A stretch of DNA of 64,000 nt from Nitrospinales bacterium (GTDB taxonomy: Bacteria; Nitrospinota; Nitrospinia; Nitrospinales; JAJDAT01): NCBI GenBank assembly GCA_046757665.1, contig JBHHYO010000001.1, forward strand, positions 32,001 to 96,000. The letters run 5' to 3'. Below are positions 1-9,670 of the stretch, in pieces; position 1 is the first letter of the stretch; every line of letters starts with the position of its first letter. The translations under genes and the position numbers were made by a program. The notes below the pieces were generated by a model that was not told where the DNA came from, ran no database searches, and saw only the letters and a list, made by a program, of their open reading frames with translations.

Positions 1-1
1 A

Positions 2-1582
2 AACAGCACGCTCATTGCAAAAATAGAGAACCGCTCCGGCGTCGATCATGTCGAATCCATCGCCAGGGAATCCGACGCCATTCTCATCGACAGGGGGGAC
101 CTCTCCCGCGAGGAACCCATCGAGGCCATTCCGCTTCTTCAAAAACACATCATCCAGGCGGCAAAAAAAGTGGGGACAAAGGTTTACGTGGCGACCAACC
201 TTCTGGAATCCATGGTAACCCAGGCAAAACCCACCCGCGCCGAGGTAAACGATGTCTTCAACACTTTAATTGACGGTGCGGATGGCCTTGTCCTGGCGGC
301 GGAGACCGCTATTGGAAGTAATCCCGTGGGATGCGTGAACATGATTTCCAAGCTGATTCACCAGTATGACAATTACTCCAAATTCGGCATTCAAACGATC
401 AAATATGACAAACGGTCTCTGTTGATTGAACCTCACGGAGGTTCCCTGATTAACCGGTTTTTAGAAAATCCCGATATCGATGAAATCGGCAGGCTTCCCT
501 GTTTGACGGTGGACGAAAAAATCGTTTTGGATTGTGAACAGATCGCCTTTGGCGTGTATTCTCCTTTACAGGGTTTTATGAACCGGGAGGAGGTTGAAAA
601 TGTTTTGGATCATTATCATCTGCCCAGCGGCGATGTCTGGACTTTACCCATCGTTTTTCAAATTCCAAAAGAACGGGCGGCAAAACTTAAGCCGGGCGAC
701 ACGGTGGCCCTGTTTAACGAAACTTTGAACGAGCGGTTTGCCCTTCTGCACCTGGAAGAAATATTTTCGCTGGATTTGGATTCCCTCGCCAAGCGGATGT
801 TCGGCACGGATTCATCCGACCATCCGGGAGTGGATCAGGTAAAAAATGCGGGGAATACGTTTCTCGGCGGCAAAATCGACTTGATCAAGGTCCCGGAAAA
901 ACCGTCTCAAACGACGCCTTACATTTTAAGGCCGGCGGATACACGCATGATTTTTGAACAAAAAAACTGGTTTCGGATCGTTGGTTTCCACACCCGGAAC
1001 GTCATCCACCGGGGGCATGAATTTATTCAAATGAAAGCCCTCAACGATCACTATTGCGACGGTTTGTTTATCAGCCCCGTTATCGGCCCCAAGAAGAAAA
1101 ACGACTTCCAAAGCGAAGTCGTGCTCCACGCTTATCAGACCATGGTGGATTGCAATCTGTATCCCAAAAACAAAGTTCTGATAGGCGCCTTCCTGACTTA
1201 TCCGCGCTATGCCGGCCCTCGGGAAGCGGTGTTTACGGCCCTTTGTCGAAAAAATTTCGGATGTTCTCATTTTATCATTGGGCGTGACCATGCCGGCGTC
1301 AAAGACTTTTATCATGCTACGGCATCCGCTCGTTTCTTCGATGATCTGGGAGATATCGGCATCGAACCGGTTTTTTTCGATGAGGTTGTCTATTGCCGCC
1401 AATGCAAGACGCATCGGTTGTCTTGCAACCATTCGGAGACGGATGTCCAGCGCATCAGTGGTTCCCAGGTCAGGCAAACCTTTTGTGAAGGCAAGAGCTT
1501 TCCCTCCTGGTTGTTGCGTGAGGAAATATCGGAGATTTTGAGCAAGGCAAGGAAGACCGGCAAACAAATCTTTGTAACGTAA
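2..1582 (+). CDS. Pyruvate-kinase-like barrel fused to sulfate adenylyltransferase (ATP sulfurylase); 5' end lies outside the window
   Basis: Frame is open from nt 2: IAKIE..DAILIDRGDLSRE..QK..ATNLLESM..PTRAEVNDV..DGADGLVLAAETAIG (PK motifs). It continues in frame into PHGGSLINR, YSPLQGFM, WTLPI, FHTRNVIHRGHE and YAGPREAVFTALCRKNFGCSHFIIGRDHAGV (Sat motifs). Confidence 0.9.
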   Translation, partial: NSTLIAKIENRSGVDHVESIARESDAILIDRGDLSREEPIEAIPLLQKHIIQAAKKVGTKVYVATNLLESMVTQAKPTRAEVNDVFNTLIDGADGLVLAAETAIGSNPVGCVNMISKLIHQYDNYSKFGIQTIKYDKRSLLIEPHGGSLINRFLENPDIDEIGRLPCLTVDEKIVLDCEQIAFGVYSPLQGFMNREEVENVLDHYHLPSGDVWTLPIVFQIPKERAAKLKPGDTVALFNETLNERFALLHLEEIFSLDLDSLAKRMFGTDSSDHPGVDQVKNAGNTFLGGKIDLIKVPEKPSQTTPYILRPADTRMIFEQKNWFRIVGFHTRNVIHRGHEFIQMKALNDHYCDGLFISPVIGPKKKNDFQSEVVLHAYQTMVDCNLYPKNKVLIGAFLTYPRYAGPREAVFTALCRKNFGCSHFIIGRDHAGVKDFYHATASARFFDDLGDIGIEPVFFDEVVYCRQCKTHRLSCNHSETDVQRISGSQVRQTFCEGKSFPSWLLREEISEILSKARKTGKQIFVT

Positions 1583-1583
1583 T

Positions 1584-3593
1584 ATGATCGTCCCCGGCTT
1601 GTTTCTCACGGTTGTCATTGGTTATTTGCTGGTGGTTTCGTTAAATCCCTCCTCAGGCGCCGGTGAGCGTCTCAGCCTGTCGGCGCCTTTCGGCCTGGGG
1701 TGTACCACCCTGGTTATTTGGGTTCTGCTTGCGCTTCACCTTCCCCTTTCGCCAACCTCGCTGATGACTGCCCAGATGTCCCTTGCCGCCGGCCTGCTGT
1801 ACCTCGCCTGCCGAACGAAAACCATAGCTCTGTCATCGAGCCGTCCGGTCTTTCCCAAGGTTAATGCGGGTTTGATTCTCATTCTCTTGCTGGTGGGAGC
1901 CGGACTGGTGTTCAATATTTTTTTTCCTATAACCGTGTCCGACGGCATTGGCTATAAAATCCATGGGATCGTTGCGGTGGACAAAAAAAATCTCATGGCT
2001 TTTGAGGACGTCTTGCATATTGGCGACCAAAACAGAACGCTGGGGTTTCAATTAATCTCGGGATTTTTTTATTTGTTTGATTTTGATTACCCCAAGCTGG
2101 TCCAGTCCGTATTCTACGCAAGTATGTTGGGATTCTTTTATGTCTCGATTCGCAAATTCATGGACTCCGGCCCGGCGAGGGGTATGACCCTGCTATTGGC
2201 GACCGCTCCCATGGTTTGGTGGCAATCCTTTTTGTATCTGAACAATCTTTCGTCGGGGGTTTATTTTTTGTGCGGAACTTTATACTGGTTTTTCGCCATT
2301 CATTACAAACAACCGCGCTACATGTTGATTGCATCGTTTGCATTCATGCTTGCCGCCTGGACGAGGTATGAACTCATCGTAATGTATATGATCCCGCTGG
2401 CGTTCACCTTTTTCCTGTCCGCAAAAAACAGGCAGGCCAGGCCTGCTTTATTGCTTTTGATTTTTCCCCTGATTTTTTCGGGCGCATGGGCCGCCCATAG
2501 TTTCGCTTACTACCCTGAAATGAAGCGCTCCGCCCACTATTTTTATATTTTTTTATTTCTGCTTTCGAGCGGCATTATTTTCGGCGTTATTCATGCGTTG
2601 CAGATCAGGCTTCGGCTCGTTATGGGAGCCATAGTTGCCGTTATCGCGTCAGCCGCCGTCTTCGTGATTTTTAATGAGCTTTTTCAGGATAAAATTGTGC
2701 TGTTGCAACGTGTGCTACTGGCCAAACTTCTCAACAATACGATGGTTCAGTGCGTTTGGGGGTTGGGGATTTTGCTGGTATTGCTTGTTCCCGTCTATTA
2801 CAGAGGGTTTCAGCCGGCCCAAAAATACCTGTTGTTCAATTTAATTTCTTTATTCATGGGCTTCACCCTTCTCTTTTCGTTAGTTACCATGGGACACCCC
2901 ATGCTGGACGAACCCGTCGTTGAAAGAATAAAGTTCTTCCTCGAGTTTCCGGGCAGGATTGCGGTGAGAACGTCCAGCCGGGAGTTTTTTATATTATTTC
3001 CTTCCCTGCTGTTCATGTTGGGGACGACGATTTATCAGAGCAATCTGACCTCAAAAGTTGCCCTGTCTTTTAAAAAGTCCTTGTTCAAAAACAGTTTGTT
3101 TAGCGGTCTCAATTGTTTGGTCGTGGGGAATTTGCTTCTGATCTCCGTAGTTTTTCTGATTCCAAGGGCCGTTTTTATGAAAAACCATTTTGGAGAATCT
3201 CATTCCGAGTTGGAGAGAACCGGCGGCCCAAGAGATATTCCCAACCTTTATCAGCCAACATACATTATTGCTCATGCCGTTTCCCGGCATACTCCAGAGG
3301 ACTCCGTTGTTCTTTTCCCCTTTCCCTATGGAGCGCTGACCTTTAAAAAAGAGCCCTATAATTCTCTTGGTTTGTTTGCCGGCGCTGACGCCCTGTATCC
3401 CCGGGTCCTGTTTTGGGGAAAAGCGGAGCTTGACAAAATCAGGAAATCATTTCCAAATAAGCGAATTTACCGAGTGACCTATCCGGGCTGGTTGGACAAT
3501 CAATGCAAAAACCATCCCGATGGAAAATCCCTGGAGTACCATGAATGGTATCTTTGCCCCATTGACGGGCGCAATCTACGCCCTGAGGGATAA
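1584..3593 (+). CDS. Polytopic membrane protein, probable GT-C-fold (ArnT/PMT-like) glycosyltransferase
   Basis: 669 aa with many hydrophobic segments, early D-containing loop (ITVSDG), AAWTRYE motif and a soluble C-terminal tail; starts 1 nt after the upstream stop. Confidence 0.55.
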   Translation: MIVPGLFLTVVIGYLLVVSLNPSSGAGERLSLSAPFGLGCTTLVIWVLLALHLPLSPTSLMTAQMSLAAGLLYLACRTKTIALSSSRPVFPKVNAGLILILLLVGAGLVFNIFFPITVSDGIGYKIHGIVAVDKKNLMAFEDVLHIGDQNRTLGFQLISGFFYLFDFDYPKLVQSVFYASMLGFFYVSIRKFMDSGPARGMTLLLATAPMVWWQSFLYLNNLSSGVYFLCGTLYWFFAIHYKQPRYMLIASFAFMLAAWTRYELIVMYMIPLAFTFFLSAKNRQARPALLLLIFPLIFSGAWAAHSFAYYPEMKRSAHYFYIFLFLLSSGIIFGVIHALQIRLRLVMGAIVAVIASAAVFVIFNELFQDKIVLLQRVLLAKLLNNTMVQCVWGLGILLVLLVPVYYRGFQPAQKYLLFNLISLFMGFTLLFSLVTMGHPMLDEPVVERIKFFLEFPGRIAVRTSSREFFILFPSLLFMLGTTIYQSNLTSKVALSFKKSLFKNSLFSGLNCLVVGNLLLISVVFLIPRAVFMKNHFGESHSELERTGGPRDIPNLYQPTYIIAHAVSRHTPEDSVVLFPFPYGALTFKKEPYNSLGLFAGADALYPRVLFWGKAELDKIRKSFPNKRIYRVTYPGWLDNQCKNHPDGKSLEYHEWYLCPIDGRNLRPEG

Positions 3594-3643
3594 CTCAAAC
3601 CCCTCCTCAAGCTTTCGCATTTCGACAGGGTATAAAAAGATTT

Positions 3644-4666
3644 TTAGACGGAAGGATGGGCGGGAGCTTTAAATGCTTCTTTTGCCTCGCGGTAAAGCTG
3701 TTCCCGGCGGTGCGTGTGTTTCGCCGAAAAATGGAAGACCGTCAGGTTTTTTACCGCGGCCATTTTCGCCAGCGTGCCGGCTTGTTTCGAGGTTAAATGG
3801 CACCGCTCCCGGCCACGCTCCTCTTCCTCGGCGAGGAAGGGCGACTCGCAAAAAAACCGGTCCGCGCCGCGAACCAGCTCCACGATTCTTGCGCTGTTCT
3901 CTTTATTGAATACCGTGTCCGTGACATAACCGATCTTTTGCCCGGGAGAAATGAGGACCAAATCCTCCCGCAACTCTCCCAGGGCATATTGCCGGTTCAC
4001 CACTTTCCCGTTGGCGCTTACCGGCACGGACACCAATTCTTCATCCGGCCGCTTTTGGTGGATCATTTGTTTCAGCTCGTTCAACCAGGAGCCGGGAACG
4101 AAGTCCCGGGCATCCAGACGTTCTTTCCGGACATTGACGTGGAACTTCTCGGTCAACGTAAAACCCAGACAAGGCACGCGGTGTTCCAGAATAGCCGCAT
4201 GAACGGCAAACGAAGGCTCGTCCCATAACAGACCCTTCACAAAAGGCTCCCGGCACTCACCGGTTTTTTCAAACCGGTCGACAGCCCGAAACGTTGCCCG
4301 CAACAACTCCTCCTGCCTCACCTCCACCACCTGTAGCGTGATCGACTCCGCATAGCGGTCTACCAGGTTCCAGGTGAATCCCGCCAGTTTCCCCTGCACG
4401 TTGGCGATGAAATTCTCAGGGCCGTATAAACAGATCGTTTTGTTTCGGCCAAAACACACCCGAAGCAACTGGTCGAATCCGATGAAATGGTCGATATGAG
4501 TATGACTGACAAAAACGTGCGTCACATTCAGCAGGGTTTTGTTGGTGATGCGCGACAAATTTCCCAGGTCGAACAACAGGACGCGGCTCTCGTACAAAAA
4601 CTGCACCAGAAGCCCCGGGTCGCCGAACGGATCGTTAACCAGTTTTGGATGAAAAATCGGTTTCAT
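3644..4666 (-). CDS. Ribonuclease Z-like metallo-beta-lactamase-fold hydrolase
   Basis: LVNDPFGDPG, SHTHIDHFIGFD (HxHxDH), HRVPCLGF, YVTDT, HLT, FHFS motifs; start taken at ATG 4666. Confidence 0.85.
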   Translation of the reverse strand: MKPIFHPKLVNDPFGDPGLLVQFLYESRVLLFDLGNLSRITNKTLLNVTHVFVSHTHIDHFIGFDQLLRVCFGRNKTICLYGPENFIANVQGKLAGFTWNLVDRYAESITLQVVEVRQEELLRATFRAVDRFEKTGECREPFVKGLLWDEPSFAVHAAILEHRVPCLGFTLTEKFHVNVRKERLDARDFVPGSWLNELKQMIHQKRPDEELVSVPVSANGKVVNRQYALGELREDLVLISPGQKIGYVTDTVFNKENSARIVELVRGADRFFCESPFLAEEEERGRERCHLTSKQAGTLAKMAAVKNLTVFHFSAKHTHRREQLYREAKEAFKAPAHPSV

Positions 4667-4669
4667 AGT

Positions 4670-4718
4670 CAGTTGACAGTTGGCGGTTGCCAGTTGACGG
4701 TTGTCAACCGCCAACTGC
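4670..4718. repeat. Heptamer tandem repeat with inverted arm (hairpin) spanning the prfB stop codon
   Basis: cagttga-cagttgg-cggttgc-cagttga-cggttgt then caaccgc-caactgc; 4677-4689 is the exact reverse complement of 4705-4717. Confidence 0.8.
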
Positions 4719-5805
4719 CTTCAACAAATACGCTTCTATAAATTGGTCCAGGTCGCCGTCCAGGACGGCATCGACGTTGCCGGTTTCCACCTGGGTTCGC
4801 AAATCCTTCACCATGCGGTAGGGATGCAGGACATAAGAACGAATCTGGCTTCCCCATTCGATCTTTTTTTTGTCCTTTTCGAGGCCCTTTATCTCCTCCC
4901 TTTGCTTTTCCTGTTCCAGCTCATACAGCCGGGCTTTCAGGACTTTCAAACAAGACGCCTTGTTTTTGTGTTGCGAGCGCTCGTTCTGGCACTGAACCAC
5001 GATACCGGAGGGGACGTGCGTCATGCGGACGGCGGAGTCGGTCGTATTGACTCCCTGGCCTCCCGGCCCGGACGCCCGGAACACATCGATTTTGAGATCG
5101 GCCTCGAGGATGTCCACCTCGACGTCCTCATCAATTTCCGGATAAACAAACACCGACGCAAAGGAAGTGTGGCGGCGCTTGTTGGCGTCGAAGGGGGAAA
5201 TCCGCACCAGCCGGTGAACGCCGATCTCCGCTTTCAAATAACCGTAGGCATAGTCGCCGGTAAACAGAAGCGTGGCGCTTTTGATCCCGGCTTCCTCGCC
5301 GTATTGCCTGTCCAGAATTTCGGATTTGAACCCGTGCCGCTCGCCCCAGCGGAAATACATGCGCATCAGCATCAAGGCCCAGTCTTGCGACTCGGTGCCG
5401 CCGGCGCCGGAGTTGATCGCCAGAATGGCATTGTTGAAATCGTTGTCGCCGGAGAGCATGGCCTTGAATTCCGCCTCCGCCAGGTTATGCTCGAGAGCGG
5501 TCAGCGAAGATTGTATTTCGGAAATCAGGGACTCCTCGTTTTCCTCCTCGCAGAGGGAGATCATCGCTCCGGCATCCTCGCATTCCTGATGCAGGGACTT
5601 CCAAAGGTTGACGGGGCGTTGGCAGACGGATCGTTGTTGAAGGGTCTTTTTTGCCGCGATGTTATCGTTCCAGAAATCCGGCCGGGAAACCTCCCGGTCC
5701 AAAATCTCCAGCTCTTTCAGCTTGTCGGCAACGTCAAAGATAGCCTCGCAGCCGCTCCACCCGCCGGCTCACATCCTGATATTTTTTCTTCAATTCTTCC
5801 AGCAT
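4704..5805 (-). CDS. prfB: Peptide chain release factor 2 with programmed +1 frameshift
   Basis: GGQ (SGPGGQGVNTTDSAVR) and SPF motifs. Upstream ORF MLEELKKKYQDVSRRVERLRGYL-stop starts at ATG 5805 (RBS AAGGAG) and joins the main frame at CTT TGA C. Confidence 0.97.
5733..5749 (-). promoter_or_regulatory. prfB +1 frameshift cassette (internal SD-like GAGG plus CTTTGAC)
   Basis: Minus strand reads GCGAGGCTATCTTTGAC; CTT is codon 23 and the GAC at 5735 is in frame with the 4704..5702 ORF. Confidence 0.95.
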
Positions 5806-6016
5806 AACGCTCCTTATCGGATAATGGGGAATAGATTCATCGACTCATTGTCTTTAATCCGGGCGCGAATTGCAAGCGGTCAAATCAGGACTTTCGGGCA
5901 GATGGCCATTCCCCGGCTGGGTTAAAATTTATTTGGATTCATCCGAAAATCGTTTAGAATGAACTGTTGAATATAGCAACGGCCGCAATAGACCTGCCGC
6001 ATCGCCCTGGAGCCAG

Positions 6017-7186
6017 ATGAATTTAGCCGCACCCACAAAACCCAAGAAAGAAGCCTCCCCCACCGCAACCCTGTCCAAGAACGGCGGTCAAGGCCCGGTC
6101 AGGGAGATGATCAAGGGTTGGATCAAAAAACTGCCGTTTTTTCTGGAAGCGGATTATTATCGGCGCAAAATTTATGATTCCCCTCTGTTCGATTTTTCCG
6201 TGAAACCCTTGGCCGACACCCTCGCCGAGTGGCCGCGGGCGTTGGTTCTTGACATCACCAACCGATGTAATGCCAAGTGCTCGTGGTGCCCGCAACCGCA
6301 ACTGGAGGATGTCGGCGCCATGAAAATGCCTTTGTACCGAAAAATCATCGACGACTACGCCGTCCGCGGCGGGGTGGTTCATTTCGGTACCTTTGGCGAA
6401 CCGCTGATGGACAAAACGTTCGCGGAAAAAGTCCGCTATTTGAAAAACTATCCTTCCATACAAAAGGTCGAGATGGTCACCAACGCCTTTTTCCTGAATG
6501 AAAAAATCGTTCCGACGCTGATCGAAAACAAAGTGAATGTCGAGATCAGTCTGGACGAGCTGGAAAAGGAGACTTTCGAAGAAATCAAGAAAATGAGTTA
6601 CGATGTTGTGCGCGCCAACATTCTTGAATTTTTGAAGCTCAACGACCGGTCCGCGGAACCGGTCAACGTCAACTTCCGCGTCAAATCATCCCTTTCCAGG
6701 CAACACACGATGGCCCATGAACTGTTCCGCGAACTTGCTTCACATCGTTGCACCATCGAACTCACCCCCATTGACGAGGACAGCATCACCACCTGGGCGG
6801 GCCGGTTCGACAAAATGGCGTTTTATGAAGATCACATGAAAAACACCGCCATCGTAAAAGATCACAACCCCAAGGAGTTCAACAAAACCAACACCGCGCC
6901 CTGCAACCAATTGTGGAAATGGATGGTGGTATACTGGGACGGGAGCGTGGTGCTTTGTTGCGTCGATATGTTTTCCTCCACCATTCTGGGAAACCTGAAC
7001 GACAACACGATCGAGGAAATATGGACGGGGCCCGTGCTCACGCAACTGCGACAAAAAATGATCCAAAGGAAACGCTTTGAAATCCCCATTTGCCAGGACT
7101 GCGACCTCCACCTGAGTTGGCGCTATTTAAAGACCTGCTACAAGCCCGACGGCAGTTTGTCCCATCACTTAAACTTCATCAGTTAA
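6017..7186 (+). CDS. Radical SAM protein with C-terminal SPASM/twitch domain
   Basis: CNAKCSWC (CX3CX2C), GEPLM; C-terminal PCNQLW..WDGSVVLCCVD..LGNL..IEEIW..CQDC. Confidence 0.9.
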   Translation: MNLAAPTKPKKEASPTATLSKNGGQGPVREMIKGWIKKLPFFLEADYYRRKIYDSPLFDFSVKPLADTLAEWPRALVLDITNRCNAKCSWCPQPQLEDVGAMKMPLYRKIIDDYAVRGGVVHFGTFGEPLMDKTFAEKVRYLKNYPSIQKVEMVTNAFFLNEKIVPTLIENKVNVEISLDELEKETFEEIKKMSYDVVRANILEFLKLNDRSAEPVNVNFRVKSSLSRQHTMAHELFRELASHRCTIELTPIDEDSITTWAGRFDKMAFYEDHMKNTAIVKDHNPKEFNKTNTAPCNQLWKWMVVYWDGSVVLCCVDMFSSTILGNLNDNTIEEIWTGPVLTQLRQKMIQRKRFEIPICQDCDLHLSWRYLKTCYKPDGSLSHHLNFIS

Positions 7187-7189
7187 ACA

Positions 7190-7957
7190 TTGCTGAAAAA
7201 TTTTCTTAAAGGATTGCTGGCTGGGAAACAAAATCGAGTCGTTGGCCGGTACTATGATTTTGTAAACTCTTTTTCCTCGCTGTCGCCCGAACTTGTATCC
7301 GGTCTTCCGCCGGGAAACAATATCCTGGTGTTCGCCCCGCATTGCGACGACGAGTCGCTGGGTTGCGGCGGGACTCTGCATAAACATCACCTTGAAGGAC
7401 ACAACCTTACTGTGGTATTCATGACCGACGGATCCCAATGCGATTCCGGCGGCCTGGCTAAAGATGAAATCGTTCAGACCAGGATTCAGGAAGCGCGGCG
7501 GGCCGGCGAAATCCTTGGCGTCAATCGTTGTGTTTTTCTCGGCTATCCCGACCGGCGATTGCGGGGGACGGAGGAGATCGCTTCTCGAATCGATGACACC
7601 CTGCAAAAGGTCAAGCCGGACCTGGTCTATCTGCCGTTTTATCTGGACAACCACCCCGACCATATGGAAACGGCGGTCATTTGCCTGGATGCGCTTCGCA
7701 GACGTCCGGTCAAAACCATCTTGTTTTATGAAATTTGGACCACCATGATCCCCAACCAGCTTGTAGACATCACATCGACAATGGAAAAAAAGATGGAGGC
7801 CGTGCGGACTTACCGCTCTCAAAAAGGCATTGATGAGTTCGCGGAAAAAATCAAATCGCTAAACCGCTTTCGATCCCTTCATTCCGGCAATCGGTACCAG
7901 TATAGCGAAGCTTTTTTTAAGTTGAATCTCCAAGACCTGGGTAAAATCCTTTCCTGA
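7190..7957 (+). CDS. PIG-L/LmbE family N-deacetylase
   Basis: FAPHCDDESLGCGG and HPDH metal motifs. Confidence 0.9.
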   Translation: MLKNFLKGLLAGKQNRVVGRYYDFVNSFSSLSPELVSGLPPGNNILVFAPHCDDESLGCGGTLHKHHLEGHNLTVVFMTDGSQCDSGGLAKDEIVQTRIQEARRAGEILGVNRCVFLGYPDRRLRGTEEIASRIDDTLQKVKPDLVYLPFYLDNHPDHMETAVICLDALRRRPVKTILFYEIWTTMIPNQLVDITSTMEKKMEAVRTYRSQKGIDEFAEKIKSLNRFRSLHSGNRYQYSEAFFKLNLQDLGKILS

Positions 7958-7961
7958 TCCC

Positions 7962-8483
7962 ATGTTCGAAAAAGTAAAAACCTTGTTGCGTGTCCTTCTT
8001 AAAGGCGGTTTTTACCGCGAACTTTTCAGCAATGGGATCCATTATCTTTATGAGCACATTCTCCCCATGGAGACCCTGGAGATGGGGGGTAATCCGGAAA
8101 TTCACCCTACGGTTTCCTTCCGGTTTGAAAACAACATTGTGCTTGGCGACAATATTGTTTTGGACGCCCACTGTTGTCTGTGGGCCTCGGAAAACTCGAA
8201 AATTACCTTGGGCGATAATACCGGCATCGGCCCCGGCACCGTGGTGGTGTCCTCCAACCACTCTTTCCCAAAAGGCAAAGTTTATGTGGAAGAACCCATG
8301 AGTGAGAAAGATATCGTCGTCGGCAAAAATGTTTGGATCGGGGCGAATTCCACCTTGCTGGCCGGAGCAGAGGTCGGCGACGGATGCGTTATCGGAGCCG
8401 GTTGCGTAATTTCCGGGAAAATCCCCGAAAACTCGGTGGTCGTCAGCGGAAGCCGAAAACTTTCCATCGTCAAGCGGAGGTAA
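7962..8483 (+). CDS. Hexapeptide-repeat (left-handed beta-helix) acyltransferase
   Basis: LGDNIV/LGDNTGIG/VGKNVWIGANSTLLAGAEVGDGCVIGAGCVI repeats; SNH His. Confidence 0.9.
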   Translation: MFEKVKTLLRVLLKGGFYRELFSNGIHYLYEHILPMETLEMGGNPEIHPTVSFRFENNIVLGDNIVLDAHCCLWASENSKITLGDNTGIGPGTVVVSSNHSFPKGKVYVEEPMSEKDIVVGKNVWIGANSTLLAGAEVGDGCVIGAGCVISGKIPENSVVVSGSRKLSIVKRR

Positions 8484-8492
8484 CCCGGACTG

Positions 8493-8903
8493 ATGCCCGA
8501 TTTCGATTCCATTCAAGTAGGCGACGAGGCGACTCTCACGCGCACAATCACGGAAAAAGACATACAAGCGTATGCCGCTCTTACCGGCGATGACAACTCA
8601 GTTCATACAAACAAACAATTCGCGGAGCGGACACGGTTCAAGCAACCCATCGCTCATGGCATGTTGACGGCGTCTCTCTTCTCCGCCATTATCGGCACTC
8701 GTCTGCCGGGCCATGGGTCGTTGTATGTCAGCCAGGACTTGAACTTTAAAAATCCCGTCATGGTCGATGATATAATCCAGGCCAAGGTGAAAGTGGTTCA
8801 AAAAGTTGAGAGTACCAAAATGATCGTATTGAAAACCACCGCGTCCAATCAGCGTTCCCAGGTGGTCCTGAGCGGAACCGCCAAGGTTACGTGGGCTTTT
8901 TAA
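8493..8903 (+). CDS. MaoC-family hot-dog dehydratase (R-specific enoyl-thioester hydratase-like)
   Basis: LTGDDNSVH and IAHGML motifs. Confidence 0.9.
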   Translation: MPDFDSIQVGDEATLTRTITEKDIQAYAALTGDDNSVHTNKQFAERTRFKQPIAHGMLTASLFSAIIGTRLPGHGSLYVSQDLNFKNPVMVDDIIQAKVKVVQKVESTKMIVLKTTASNQRSQVVLSGTAKVTWAF

Positions 8904-8916
8904 CGGAAGAGAAACG

Positions 8917-9669
8917 ATGTTTAATCTGGAAAACGAAATCGCGATTGTCACTGGGGCCAGCCGGGGAATCGGCGCGGATATCGCCGGAACGCTTGCCGGT
9001 CACGGTTGCAAGGTGATCGTCAATTACAATCAGAGCCGGGAAAAAGCCGAGGCGGTTGTTGATGGAATCCGGCAAGCCGGCGGGAAAGCCATACCGTTCA
9101 AGGCAAACGTAACCGAACCGGAGCCGGTTCGGCAAATGGTCGAGGCCGCCGTCCGCGAATTCGGCAACCCTACCATTTTAATCAATAACGCTTCTTCACC
9201 CATGATCCACAAAAAAATTTCCCGGACCGACTGGGATGAGTTCCTTTCCTGTTTTGAAATGGCGGTCAAATCGTCCCACCTGTGTTGCGCCGCGGTTACC
9301 CCCATGATGAAAAAAAGCCGAAAAGGCAAAATCGTCAACGTGGTCACCCAATACTCACGGGGGGTTCCGCCGTTGGCGCTGGCAACCTATGTGACCGCCA
9401 AATACGCCCTGGTTGGGTTTTCAAAAAGCCTGGCGGTGGAACTGGCGCCTTTTGGAATACAAGTCAACATGGTCTCCCCCGGTTTGACGGAAACCGATCT
9501 GGTAAGCGGTTTGCCGGACAGCTTCAAGCAAGCCATTGCTCAACAAACGCCCATGAAAAAAAATGCGACATGCGGCGACGTATCCAAAGCCATTATGTTC
9601 CTGGTGTCCGATCTTTCCGATTTCATTACCGGCGTGAACCTCCCCGTTTGCGGCGGTAACATAATGTGA
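8917..9669 (+). CDS. Short-chain dehydrogenase/reductase, FabG-like
   Basis: TGASRGIG, NNA, YVTAK (YxxxK), VNMVSPG. Confidence 0.9.
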   Translation: MFNLENEIAIVTGASRGIGADIAGTLAGHGCKVIVNYNQSREKAEAVVDGIRQAGGKAIPFKANVTEPEPVRQMVEAAVREFGNPTILINNASSPMIHKKISRTDWDEFLSCFEMAVKSSHLCCAAVTPMMKKSRKGKIVNVVTQYSRGVPPLALATYVTAKYALVGFSKSLAVELAPFGIQVNMVSPGLTETDLVSGLPDSFKQAIAQQTPMKKNATCGDVSKAIMFLVSDLSDFITGVNLPVCGGNIM

Positions 9670-9670
9670 T

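Noticed and set aside
4701-5807. 368-aa plus-strand ORF
   Set aside because: Antisense shadow of prfB with no recognisable motifs; typical of GC-rich coding DNA.
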